64,000 nucleotides of DNA from NCBI GenBank assembly GCA_964016885.1, contig OZ024740.1, forward strand, positions 383,594,001-383,658,000. Reading direction: 5' to 3'. This stretch comes from Eledone cirrhosa (Eukaryota). Position numbers and translations under genes: made by a program. This document shows, piece by piece, positions 37,783 through 51,100 of this stretch (position 1 is the stretch's first letter; each line of letters starts with the position of its first letter). Under the pieces are notes generated by a model, which was given only the letters and a program-made list of their open reading frames with translations, did not search any database and had not been told where the DNA came from.

Positions 37783-39022
37783 ACAGGTAGAATTCCCAAA
37801 ACTAATCAGATCAGAGCAAACAACACGGACACTCTATCTCAAAATATTTTTTGAAAAGCATTTAGAAATGCGCAACCGGTAAAAACTTAAAAACTTAAAA
37901 CCACAACTGAATACTAACCCATAAAATTACTAAATATCTTTTATTCCTAATTAAACTATTTTTCAACTGTGAACAATTTGTCAGCATTTTCTATTCCGTT
38001 TACCAATATATAATAACTTGCGTGTTACACCTCTATTCTTTTAACTATATATATAACAAAGAAGGTGTGGTAAGATGCCAGGTGGACCATAACGCACCAG
38101 AGTACTCGATAATTTGGGTAGTAGAGTGGGTAATAGGAAAATATTCAGGACCCCAACGGCTGAGCTCCGGCCGTTTCGACAGCTAGATCCGAACTAAGCA
38201 AGTAGTTTACGGCTAAGGTCAGCACAAAGAGAGAAAGAAAGAGAATTACAGACAAAAATGTAAACTTTTCTCACTAAATATATATGTAAAAACAATATTT
38301 CGTTTCTGAATTTGTTTAGCAAGATTCTTTATCTGAAATCGTGTGTTGAAACCGATATTGTTATACTTTGGGAGGGTCATGTTGCCAATAAGAAACACAC
38401 GCACCAGTTGCTTTCACTTCAATTTAATTTATTATATATTTATAAATTTACAAATTTATAAATTTCTGGTTGGTTGGTTGGTTCCACAACCAGATAGTTG
38501 TTTATATATATATAGTCATAGTTCTTTCGTCACACACACTGTGACCTCTTCAGTGACTGGGGATTTCTTTCTTCGTTTCTGTGCCTTTCCTTTCTTCTAT
38601 CCTACGCCATTTTGTTTGTGTGTGGGTTGCGTGCTCCGTTTGCGCATGCGCCACATCCGGGTGTCTGTGTGTGTTTGTGTTCATTTTTCTATTTTTCTAT
38701 TTATATTTTTCTATTTGTTTGTTTATTTATTTATTTATTGTTGGTTGGTTGTTTGGTTGTTTGTTCTATGTGTGTGTGTGTTTTCATTTTGTCCTTAATT
38801 GTAAGTTGTGATGTTGCTGTTCCACTCATATTTTCTATTTAATTTTGGTTTTAATTCTTTTATATTTACTGCCTCTGTAATTTGCCTAAACATTGCGTCT
38901 TTCTTGTGTGTGGATTCTATTTTTATTTCTATGCTCTCTAATTTACCCCTCTCTAATTTACCCCTGTGTTCTATCTTAGCATGTTGGTAGAGCACAGATG
39001 ATTCTTATGCATAATAGGCAGT

Positions 39023-40679
39023 ATGGATGTTGTGTCCCTGTATCCATCTATTGACGTGGATTTTGCTGTGGAGAAATGCATCGAAATGATCAGCGAGAGC
39101 AAGGTTGAGTTCCGTGGGAGTGATACCAGTGAGCTGGGAATTCTACTTAAGCTTACCCATAGTAATAGTTACCTAGACACTTATGACCTTAGCAACCTGT
39201 GCCCTACAAGACCAGCAAGAGGCAGACCACCTACCATTACCTCAATGGCCAAGAAAACCCACACAGATAGATGGAACGGGTGGACCAGAGCCATACGGAC
39301 ACCCGAAAACCTCGATGAACTGAAGAAAATGATTGCACATGCGGTAGGGGCCAGCATAAAATTAACCCTTAAGGAACATATGTTCAAATTTAATGGTAAA
39401 ACATATGCCCAAGAGGAAGGAGCAGCCATTGGTGTTAGCATTGCAGGCGACATAGCTAACTTATTCATGGTATGGTGGGACAGTAGACTTAAACAAAAAC
39501 TTAATGAACAATTAGAAGACAGCTTAACCCTGATAATGTACTCCCGCTACGTAGATGATATAAACATCGTAGTTAAGACACCCCCACTAAAGAACAGTCA
39601 GGAACTAGAGAAAAACACAATGGAAAGCATCCAGCAAATAGCAAAAGCCATCCACCAGAGCATTAGAGTTACTATAGACTACCCAAGTAGACACCCCAAC
39701 CATCGATTACCTGTACTAGACACAGAGCTCTGGTTAGATACCATTAACAACCAAAAACAAATCCTCCATTCCCATTATGCCAAACCCATGACTTCCAAAC
39801 ATCTGATCCACCGAAACTCGGCCATTTCGGACCGTACCAAAATCAACATACTGATTGCGGATTTGGTACGGGTGATGAGAAATGTGTCCCGCATGTGCAA
39901 CCCCGAAGAACTAGAGAGACACATACAACACTTCATCCACCGTATGCAGTTCTCTGGCTACAATCAGAGAGATAGAATCAGAGTGTATAAAGGAGCCAGA
40001 ACCAAATGGGAAAAAATGGGAAATAATGACATAAATGGGACCTGCCCCTTGTATAGGAGCAAATTTTGGAAGAGAATAGAAAGAACTAAGAACAAGGCCA
40101 ATAGAATAAACTCATGGTATGATAGCAATAAATACCAGAGTGTAATGTTCATCAATACAACCCCTAGAGGCGAACTAGCCTACAAATTTAGAAGGGCCCT
40201 AAAGAAACATAATCTCAATATTAAGATAGTAGAAAGACCTGGTACCTCCGTAAAAACACTTATTAGCAAGACATACCCGTTCCAAAGACCCTCATGTATA
40301 GATAAGAAATGTATAACCTCTAAAATAAGCCCCCATATTAACTGTAAAACTAGAAATGTAGTATATAGCATAAGATGTACTGAAGGACAATGTAGAAACA
40401 AAAATATAGTGTACATAGGTGAGACAGCTCGTAGTATAGGGGAACGAATAAATGAACACTGGCGAGACCTCCAAGATAATAAAGAATCATCTGTGCTCTA
40501 CCAACATGCTAAGATAGAACACAGGGGTAAATTAGAGAGCATAGAAATAAAAAATAGAATCCACACACAAGAAAGACGCAATGTTTAGGCAAATTACAGA
40601 GGCAGTAAGCATAAAAGAATTAAAACCAAAATTAAATAGAAAATATGAGTGGAACAGCAACATCACAACTTACAATTAA
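39023..40679 (+). CDS. PLE reverse transcriptase / GIY-YIG endonuclease, 5'-truncated, one +1 frameshift near 40550
   Basis: MDVVSLYPSI, insertion CPTRPARGRPPTIT, GAAIGVSIAGDIANLFMVWWD, RYVDD, PVLD, NVVYSIRC..YIGETARS. Sister copies give the true end NITTYN*. Confidence 0.88.
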
Positions 40680-40967
40680 GGACAAAATGAAAACACACAC
40701 ACACATAGAACAAACAACTTACAATTGAAAACACACACAAAATGAAAACACACACAAGACAAAATGAAAACACACACACATAGAACAAACAACCAAACAA
40801 CCAACCAACAATAAATAAATAAATAAACAAACAAATAGAAAAATATAAATAGAAAAATAGAAAAATGAACACAAACACACACAGACACCCGGATGTTGCG
40901 CATGCGCAAACGGAGCACGCAACCCACACACAAACAAAATGGCGTAGGATAGAAGAAAGGAATCCCC

Positions 40968-41012
40968 AGTCACTGAAGAGGTCACAGAGTGTGTGACGAA
41001 AGAACTATGACT
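40968..41012 (+). ncRNA. Minimal type I hammerhead ribozyme in the pLTR
   Basis: AGTCA-CTGAAGA-G-GTCACA-GAGTG-TGTGAC-GAAA-GAAC-TA-TGACT. Confidence 0.8.
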
Positions 41013-41488
41013 ATATATATATAAACAACTATCTGGTTGTGGAACCAACCAACCAACCAGAAATTTATAAATTTGTAAATTTATAAATATATAATAAATT
41101 AAATTGAAGTGAAAGCAACTGGTGCGTGTGTTTCTTATTGGCAACATGACCCTCCCAAAGTATAACAATAAAAACAATATGTTTCCCCATATTCTTCACA
41201 TTCTAATTAATATGCAATTTAATTGCATTATTCACTTCCGTTGTGTGATAAAGGGTACAAACTGAAACTGGTACAATTAATGCGGAAATTCCTATTTTGT
41301 AAATACATGTTTTGATATTATTCTGATAGAAATTCCCTTTAGCATTTTCTACTGTTTTTTTTTCTTTTTAACTATCTCATATATATAAAGGTGAAAGCAG
41401 CGATTCTTTGCTTAAACTTTAATCTGTTATTTTAATAAATATATATGTATAATACACACACATACACACAGACACACACACACACACA

Positions 41489-41631
<143 letters not shown>

Positions 41632-41660
41632 ATATATATATATATATAAATCGAATAGAA

Positions 41661-41770
41661 AGAGACAACATTTCATTTCTCACTCTTAGTACAGCAGTTA
41701 CTTAAATGTAAGTATGTATGTATGTATACGTACATACATATATATATATATATATACAGACGTACAGTAG

Positions 41771-41810
<40 letters not shown>

Positions 41811-42640
41811 AACATGCACACATATATGTATGCACGTATCGGTTTACCGAACATTTATTATAATGCTCGGTTTGTTTGTAAACAAACAAACAGCCCGAAT
41901 TACGCCGTACAGTGTTTAGGCAACCACGTCACCTTTTTGTTCAACACTGACATAGGAACGATGTACTCGTTTCAAGCTTATTAGCTATCGTCAGCATCGT
42001 ATACCTTCCTGCCAGATGGTTGAACGTCTGAAAGTATATACTTTCCTTATGCATATTACGGCTGAGCAGCCTAATTTGCAGTACATCGATCCTGTGTCAG
42101 TGTTTGTTTGTTTACAAACAAACAAACCGAGCATTATAATAAATTTTCGGTAAACCGATACGTGCATATATATATGTGTGCATGTATGTATATATATACA
42201 TACTACTGTACGTCTGTATACATATATGTATGTACGTATACATACATACATACTTACATTTAAGTAAGTGTCGTACTAAGAGTCAGAAATGAAATTTCGT
42301 TTCATTCTATTCCTTTTATCATCTTCGGTGCGCCCGGCCGACTAAACTCACTCGATATGCAAATTAGGTTGCTCAGCCGTTAATATGCATAAGGAAAGTA
42401 TATACATTCAGACGTTCAACCATCTGGCAGGAAGGTATACGATGCTGACGATAGCAAATAAGCTTGAAACTAGTACATCGTTCCTGTTTCAGTGTTGAAC
42501 AAAAAGGGGACGTGGTTGCCTAAACACTGTACGGCGTAATTCGGGCTGTTTGTTTATTTACAAACAAACCGAGTATTATAATAAATGTTCGGTAAACCGA
42601 TACGTGCATATATATATGTGTGCATGTATGTATATATATT
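41661..42640. mobile_element. Second locus of the ~430-bp HHR unit: minus copy 41661-42080, plus copy 42081-42640
   Basis: Alignable to 31650-32557; HHRs at 41958-42000 (-) and 42439-42481 (+). Confidence 0.8.
42439..42481 (+). ncRNA. Minimal hammerhead ribozyme, intact core
   Basis: ACGATG-CTGACGA-TAGCAAATAAGCTT-GAAA-CTAG-TA-CATCGT; perfect 6-bp stem I; stem III palindrome ACTAGT. Confidence 0.82.
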
Positions 42641-42700
42641 TCAAAGTCAAGCACTCCTACCAAATGAGCCACCATGACAATTATATATATATTATCAAGA

Positions 42701-42760
<60 letters not shown>

Positions 42761-42844
42761 TATATATATATATATACATGGTCTTGATAATTGTGGTTCC
42801 TGTAACTGCTAGTTTTCCCTCTTCGGAGCTGTAACTTGTCATTC

Positions 42845-43400
42845 GTTTAGATTAACATCAGATTTGTTAAGATGTCGGTATATTGTTGAGTCCATGTCAG
42901 ATGGTGAACAGTGTCGTTTTGTTCCTGCAAATCGCACACCCTACCAACTATTTACACTGCAGCATGTCTTTGAGAAACCGTGGGAGCTTTACCACGAAGT
43001 ATATGCTTATTTCGTAGACCTCAAATATGTATACAACCGCGTTCCATGGGGTATGTTTTGGAAGGTTTTGCAGAATTATGCGACCGATGGAGAGCGTTTT
43101 GTTACTTTGAAATCTCTATATGAATGCCAGAGTATTTGAGTTTGGATAAATGGTGCATATTCAAAACCATTCCCATCTGGGTGTCCGATTCCGCCAAACC
43201 TCTCCTCTTCATAATCGCCGTAAAGTGGATTGACCTGCACAACCTGATTGAAAATGCTATCAAATTGGTAGGTATAAAATCAGTCGGTTGGAATATGAAA
43301 ACGACATGGTACTACATAACTTCTCGGAAGATGATCTCGGGCATGCACCTGATATGTTTCCTAGGCAAGAATGAAAATCTATGTTGCTAAAATGAGACAC
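42845..43400 (+). pseudogene. Old RTE-type LINE RT fragment
   Basis: EQCRF..QLFTLQHVFEK.WE..YFVDLK..YNRVPW..W..L. Confidence 0.7.
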
Positions 43401-43929
43401 TGGTAATCCTAAGGACACCTATATCGTAGGATGAAGGAGCACATGCGGGATTTCGAGGACAAGCAAAAATGCGTTACTGCTCTGCCAGCAGCAACATTTA
43501 ATCAGACCTAATGCCATGGACATTTGTATATCTCTACCACAATTCGTATTGAAACTCAGGAAGAAATGATCGATAATTCCAAAAGAATGAATATCTCTCG
43601 TGTAATCGCTTAATCGGAGAAATATTGTCCAATAGATGCAAAGGATAGTTTATTTCAAAAACGTCCAAAATATGGTTTTAGCGATTCTGAAACAGCTTCA
43701 TGATGGAATTGTATTTGCAAGTGAGAACTTCGATTTGCCTAGCCTTTAACAGGCACAGTAGTTCAAGAGCAAAATCTCAAGAAATTGCAACGAGTTCACT
43801 CATACAGCCGACCTTAACAAATTAAAATTAACACTAGTCATAACCGTATGCGTCAAGTACCTTTAAATTCTACTTAATGTCTTTTCTTCCTTCATTTCGC
43901 ATATGTATGTAAATATGTATAATAAATAT

Positions 43930-45623
43930 CACTGGGTGTGAGTTTTAGGTAGTATTTCTCTAGTAGCTCCTTCCTAACTCAAATGATACTCTCTGCTTCA
44001 TGTAGACCGATATGTTCTATGGATGGGCTTTCTCGGAGGTTTATAGCTGCTGGTGGGATATGAGGCAACAATCAAATGCTGTATGGATTTGTGTCAATGG
44101 TGTGTCACCTTGTTTACGTTTTAGGTTGAGGTGGTCTATGTGAATGTCGATGTAGTGATTTCTGCTGCCGAGTTTTAACGTCAATGCCCCATACCTCATC
44201 TTGTGTACATTCAGGTAGTCTAAACGTTGTTATCAGCACAATCACAGCGCACACATTATGGGCCATTGATTTATTGGGCACAGTAATTTACAAAGACCAT
44301 ATTTATTCGTATCCGGGTTTTATATTCCCTGATTAGTTGTTCCGTGTCAGAAATTTCCTAATAGCATATATTTCCCTCCATCCCTAAGTATATGTAGCAG
44401 TCTTCATCAGATACCGTTGAAACATTAAAACATTAAGGCCATTGATAGAAATGTTACTATAACTCCAACCTTATATCATTCGAGAATATGGTATCCGGGT
44501 CAATGTTTTTCTTCGTAACATTTTATTCTTGACATACACATTCAAATCATCCACAAAGTAGCTATTTGTTAGCTTAGTGTTTCTGGTCCCTGTGAACTCA
44601 TTAGGTACGCTTCCTAGCTCTTCAACATAAAGAACAAAGGGTTTACTGATTTACGTTGTAAATTTAGCAGGGAAATAGGCGGGCACTTAGCAGGGAAATT
44701 TTACCAAACGGGTTTCTTTGTTTTGAAGGAACAATTTTGTTTCTACTAATGTCAATCAGTTTGGTATATGTGTGTCGCCCTTAAGAACATACTGGTAGAG
44801 GTTGATAAGATACATTCAGTAGAATTTGAATTGTTGTTCTAGTCAATAATCAAGTCTTTTATTGGTATTTTCTCATTCTGAAGGTTTCCTATAAGAACTA
44901 CAAGTGTATCGTCATTGGTTTTTTCGTCATGTTTTTTTTGCGTAATGTAAAGGTAATAGTTTATTTGGATTCCTGTCAACCAAATAGAATCCTGGTATAA
45001 CATTTTTTCCTCACCACATATTTTCCTCTTGAAGGAATTTATGTCTTTGTGTGACGGGCTTCATTGATTTGCGCTTCATATCTGTATAGACTGATGGTTG
45101 ATTTTGACTGAGCCTTTTATTAAACATTTTTTCTTTCAGCCACTCTTCTGATATCGATGTTTCTCGCTGACAGCTGTCATGTATTTCAGAGAGTATCTTC
45201 TAGTTTACAAACATTTTGTATATTCTATATTTCGTCCTTTGAAGGTTTGGAGTTTTTGTTTTTTTATTTTATTTATTTTTACCTCATATGTTATAAGAAT
45301 TGTCACATGGGCTATACTGTTTACCAAGTCAGCTATGTCTTTCTATATTTGAAATATATGAATGCATATTTGTATTGCTCTGTTTCTGTTAACATTTCTA
45401 TTATCATTAAGATAATGCTTTGGAGACGTTGCTAGGGCATTAAGACAGACATTAATGTGCCAAAATATATGGGACTTAATTTGCTGTAAATATTCACCCC
45501 CGATTTCTTCGATAGCACGCAGAATATCGTTAGTCGGTTTCTTATATAATATTGTTGTTTTATGTCTTTTTTTGAACGTAAATTTTTTATATAGATTAAT
45601 CTATTCTTGGAATATTTCACTAA

Positions 45624-45663
<40 letters not shown>

Positions 45664-45845
45664 CGAAGGAAATGTGGTAAGGAACCACGTGGACCATAAC
45701 GCACCAGAGTACTCAATACTTAGGGTAGTAGAGTGGGTAATAGGAACGAGTGGGACCCTGACGGCTGAGCTCAAGCCGTTTCGACGCCTAGTTCTGGACT
45801 AGCCGTCTAAACGGCTTGAGCTCAGCCGTCGGGGTCCTACTCGTT

Positions 45846-45901
<56 letters not shown>

Positions 45902-47975
45902 AAAGAAATTTCAAGCATGTTCTAGAACGCGAGGACCAAAAGTGTGAGGTGTTCAGGATTGCTAGGCAATGTGTCAAGGAAAACCGTGATATTGTCGGGG
46001 AGAAGTGTGTCCTTAATGATGATGGCGTACTTGCCATCACTGACGCTGATAAGAAAGTAGCTTGGAAGTGTCAATACGAAAGGCTACTAAATGAGGAGAA
46101 TAAATGGGAGAAATACAGTCTACCCCACATCGATCCAACAGAGGGACCAGCAGTGTTAATCGAAGGTAGTATAATAAGTAAGGCAATCAAAGATATGAAG
46201 ACGGGTAAGGCGGCTGGGCCTTCGGAAATAGTTGCTGAAATGCTGAAAGCTTCTGGAACGGTGGGACACACCATGGTCACCCGGATAGTAAACCAAGTCA
46301 TACAGAATGGGGTTGTTCCGAAGGACTGGCGTAGCAACATCATCATTAACTGCTACAAGGGTAAAGGAGATGCCCTAGATATGAGTAACTATAGTGGCAT
46401 TAAATTAATTGACCAGGTCATGAAGGTCACATAAAAAGTAATAGCGCAACTAATCAGAGAGAGAACTGATCTAGATGAAATGCAGTTCGGGTTTGTGTCA
46501 GGTAAAAGTACCACAGACGCTCATTTCATTGTACGACAACTACAGGAGAAGTACCTAGGTAAAAGTAAACCCCTATACTTAGCTTTTGTCGACTTGGAGA
46601 AAGCCTTCGACAGAGTCCCATGTTCCATTATCTGGTGGGCTCTTAGAAAACTAGGTGTTGATGAATGGCTTGTGAGAGCCATACAAGCCATGTACAAAGA
46701 AACAGTCAGCAAAGTTAGAATTAACAACGAATATAGTAAAGAATTTAGCGTAAAAGTTGGTGTTCATCAGGGCCCCGTTCTTAGCCCCCTACTATTTATT
46801 ATTGCCCTTCAGGCTATAACAGTGGAGTTCAAGACGGGCTGCCCATGGGAACTGCTATACGCAGATGATCTAACGCTCATAGCTGAATCAATGGCCGAAC
46901 TAGAGAAGAAATTCCAAACATGGAACCATGGCCTAGAATCAAAAGGCCTTAAAATTAACCTGTCTAAGACTAAAGTTCTAGTTTGTAGGAAGGAAAATAG
47001 GGCACCGGTCCAATCCGGGAAATGGCCATGCTCAGTGTGTAGGAAAGGAGGAGGTAGAAACTCCATTTTATGTCCCAAATGCAAAGTATGGGTGCATAAA
47101 AGATGTAGTGGGATCACAGGTAAGCTAACTAAGAATATAGATTTTGTATGTGGCCGGTGCTCTGGTGCAATAAGTAGCAGCAAGTGCCCACATAATACTA
47201 GCTCATTCCATTGCACAGATGGTTCTATAGAAGTAGTGGAGACCTTCCGTTACTTGGGTGACAAAATCAGCAGTGGAGGAGGGTGCTCTGAAAGTACAGT
47301 AGCTAGAGTCAGAACTGGATGGAAAAAGTTCAGAGTGCCTATACCACTATTAGCCACTAAAGGGTTCTCTCTAAAAATGAAAGTCAGGCTGTATGATGCC
47401 TGCATACGAACAGCAATGTTACATGGCAGTGAGCCCTGGGCATTGTGTGCAGAGGATATACGCAGAGGATATACACAAACTTTTCTTGTGTGTGTAATTG
47501 TGTGGCTGTGACATAACACTAGGTTTGGGTGAAGTTCACTTCCGTATAGATTCCTTCTGTTTATATAGCCACAGAGAGATTGTTACGATTTTATAAAAGT
47601 TAACTAAATCGTTATTCAGTTAATGTCCACAATGAAATTGCGATTTATCCTTTCGATTCCTCCTGTGGCTATAAGTAAAGAGATCTTTTTAACCTTTTTC
47701 GTTCTCATTTTTCTTCGATTTTTGTCTGGTTTTGATGTTGATGTTGTCCCGTCAAGCCAACATGACTTTAGCAAATTCTTGTGGGTGGATTCAGTTTTTA
47801 GACAGATATCTCTACGATTTACAATAAAAAGGTGTCATCAAATAATGTCATCAGAAGACTAATCAGTTATATATTTAATTTGGAAGGTTAAGCATTACTC
47901 CTTTAGATAGTATTCATCTTTAATTTCATGAATAGTATCCTACGCAATATGGGCCACAGCTCACGTAGAAGATGG
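43930..47975 (-). mobile_element. Highly decayed R4/Dong element (copy C, related to B), interrupted at ~45630-47470
   Basis: Collinear nucleotide similarity to 49090-52130, e.g. FVDDL at 44540-44560, 45490-45625 vs 51120-51255, and 5' UTR 47750-47945 vs 51945-52125. Confidence 0.7.
45899..47470 (+). mobile_element. RTE-clade LINE fragment (RT plus Cys-rich insertion), truncated at both ends
   Basis: KAAGPSEIVAEM, YKGKGD, QFGF, FVDLEKAFDRVP, GVHQG..LSP, YADD, WPCSVCRK..CPKCKVWVHKRC..CGRC, FRYLG; premature stop at 46432. Confidence 0.92.
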
Positions 47976-48119
47976 TGTATCTATGTATGTATGTATCTAT
48001 GTATATGTTCTTCTGGTTTTATAATTTCACAAAGTTTTACCAATAGAGAGAGAGTCGGTTTCTAACATAGACACAAAACTCTCTTATTGGAATTCACACA
48101 ACATCAACTAGGTAGATAT

Positions 48120-51100
48120 GTATGCATGCATGCATGTGTAGATGTGGATGTTATTGCATGTGTGAATGTGTATGATTTGAGTTGTATGTGTGCATGTGTA
48201 TATGTTTTGTATCTGTACATGTGTATATGCAGTTATTAGATGCAAATTTTTGGAATGTTGTACAAATTTTTACTGTTCCATTAATGGATTGAACTTGTAA
48301 TTTCCTAACTAGTTGTGTTATTTCTGTTCCTTTGAAGCCTAGCTTCTCAAGATTTGTATTGAGGCAGTTACTAACATACACCAGTGCCCCAATAATCACA
48401 GGCATAAATCTGAAGGTGTAATCAGGGTGGAGTAATGCAGATTTCTCATCAGTTCTGCATAAATATCTCCTTTTCACTAATCTTTGATATTATATTGGCA
48501 TTTGCTAGGCAGCTAATTTCCACTACTGTGCATGTTTTCTTCTCCCTCTCCCATATCATAATATCTGGTCTGTTATGCCTGCATGTTATTGGGGTTTTTC
48601 CTGGAACATTCCACCAGTACTCTTTCATATTATGTACATGGATATCTTCCACATTGCTATCTTTTTTAGGAACTGATTTGTACAGTGTTTTGGCCACTAC
48701 ATCATGCCTCATAGGTAAATAGTACCGCGATAACATATTTGGACAGCTGCTGATGACATGGGTGATATTCTCGATGTTAGTTCTGTAGAGTCTGCACTTG
48801 TTATCACATCTAGGTGTTTTAACTGCATCCCTATCTCTTTCGTAAATCAGGTATTTCGTGCTAATCTGCTGTTCCTGGATTGCAAAAGCGTATCCTTCAA
48901 AGTTGGAGCCAATATAGCGGTTGTTGGTCCAAGATAGACTACTTTCCTTATCTATATTACTCTCACTCTGGAGCTTCCTGGGAACATATCCATGCATGAT
49001 TTTTTGCTGATGGGCATGCAGTTTTTCATCCATGGATTCACTGCGATACTACTGAGTGACATCCCTGTGTGTGACTTTTTGATTATCACGCAGGGAATAT
49101 CTCTCAAGGAGTTCCTTCCCAACTCTCATAAGCTTATATGTTTCATGCAGAGAGACTTGCTCAAGAAACGGACTCCTACGCTTCGAGGTTCGGAGATGTT
49201 GTCGGAGAGATATGATGCGACATTCAAATGTTGTCTGGACTGATGTTAGGCCTCTGCCTCCCTGCTTACGTTTCAAGTAAAGGCGGTCTATGTCACTGTT
49301 GATGTGGAAGTTTGCGGTGTTGTTCAGTATTTTTCGAGTTCCAACATCAACTGCTGGGATTTCGTCTATCGTCCAATTGAGTATTCCAAACGTTGGTGTT
49401 AGGACAGGCGCACCAAATACATTGTGTGCCACTGTTTTGTTTTGCGCAGAGAGTTCCGCTGATCAGATCTTTCTTAATCGGGTGTAGTATTCCCTGGTTA
49501 CGCGTCCTTTATTACAGATACCATCATAGGATATGTTCTCATCTATCCCCAGGTATCTGATACAGTCCTCATCAGATATCGGTGAAACAGTTAAGCCATT
49601 GATGACAATGTTGCTAGATTGGGTTGTTGTTTTTCCCCGCTTTACATCATGTATGAGCATTTATCTTGGCTAAATTCCATTCTTATATCCTTTGAGAACG
49701 TTGTAACCAGGTCAAGATTTTTCTTCATCCCATCCATGTTCTTGGCATAGAGTTTTCAGATCGTCCACAAAGAAATTATCGGTTAGGTTCGTATTTCTGT
49801 CCTCCTGTGAGCCAATGATGTATGCCTCACATTTCTTGCGCAGAAAGGACAAGGGATTTAATGACAAGATGAATAATATCACAGAGAGACTGTCCCCCTT
49901 AAATATACCCCTGCAATATTCTATTTTATCAGTAAAAATAGAGTCCTCCCTCTCTGTCTTTAACCTTAGGATAGTAACCCAAGAAGAAGACAGCCTCTCT
50001 ATGGCTCTGACAATAATGTCTGGGACGTTAGCAAGTTGGAGGGCCTCTATCATCCAAGAGTGGCGAACAGAATCGAAAGCTTTCCTGTAGTCCAGCCAGA
50101 CTGTAGTCATATTCCTCCTAAGTTGTCGCACCACCGACATCGCAGTTTTGTTGATTAGGAGTTGTTCAGCACATCCCAAACCCCTTTCTTTCCAGCTGCT
50201 TGTTCATCTGTGATGATGTTATTATTTTCACAGTGATCTTGGAGGAATAGGTTCAGGCAGGCTGTATACATCTTATACATCAGATTCTGGCATGCAATGG
50301 GTCGGTAGTTTTTGGCCAAGTGGGTGTCTTTGTTCTTGGGGACCAGTAATGTTTGTGCTAATGTCAACCATTCTGGTATAAGTGTATCTCCTTTAAGAAC
50401 TTGTTGATAGAGGTCAGTAAGATACCTCCGATAGAATATCAGTTTTTTGTACCAGTAGCCAACAATCATCTCTCTTCCTGGTGTTTTCTTATTTTGGAGT
50501 TTTCCTTTCACAGTCTCAAGGGTACCCTCACTTATTTCGTATGTTGTAGTGTACGAGCAATAGTTGTTTCGGGTTTCTCTTAGCCACACTGCATCTTGGT
50601 GGAAATTGTTCTTTTCACCCCATATTTTGCTCCAAAAGGAATCTATGTCTTTCTGGGATGGGGCCTCAGTGACACTTATTATTTTGCCCTTCCTATCTCT
50701 ATAGACTGATGTTTGGTTTCGTCTGATTCTTTTATTAATCACTTTTCTCTTATCTACCTTCTTCAGGTATCAGCGTTTTTCGCTAACAGCTCTCAATTGT
50801 TGTTTGAGGGTGATCAGCTTATATTGGAGAGTTCTGGTTCTACTGTTACCAAATATCGTCTCTATTTCATTGTTCACTCTTTGTTGGTGAGGAGTGAGGT
50901 TTTCTGTGTTTGCTTGCATGTAAGGAGCATTGTCACATATCCTGTTTGTTCGTAGGTCAGCAATCTTTTTTTCTATTTTAGTTATATATGATGGTATTTT
51001 TGGTGGTGTTTTGTTCTTGTTAATATCTCTGCTATCACCAAGATAATACTTCACTGTCGTTGCTAGGGCATATAAACAGGCGTTGATTTGCCAAAATGCT

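Larger units (their letters stand above)
38299..41168 (+). mobile_element. Young Naiad-like PLE with inverted 5' pLTR (38299-39006) and target-site duplication
   Basis: Inverted copy of the 3' end; TAAAAACAATAT at 38287-38298 and 41169-41180; HHRs at 38514-38558 (-) and 40968-41012 (+). Confidence 0.93.

Noticed and set aside
39023-40679. Selenoprotein-type Naiad (in-frame UGA at Cys positions)
   Set aside because: The visible ORF has no in-frame TGA. The TGA at ~6030 in the sister copy replaces a Trp TGG.
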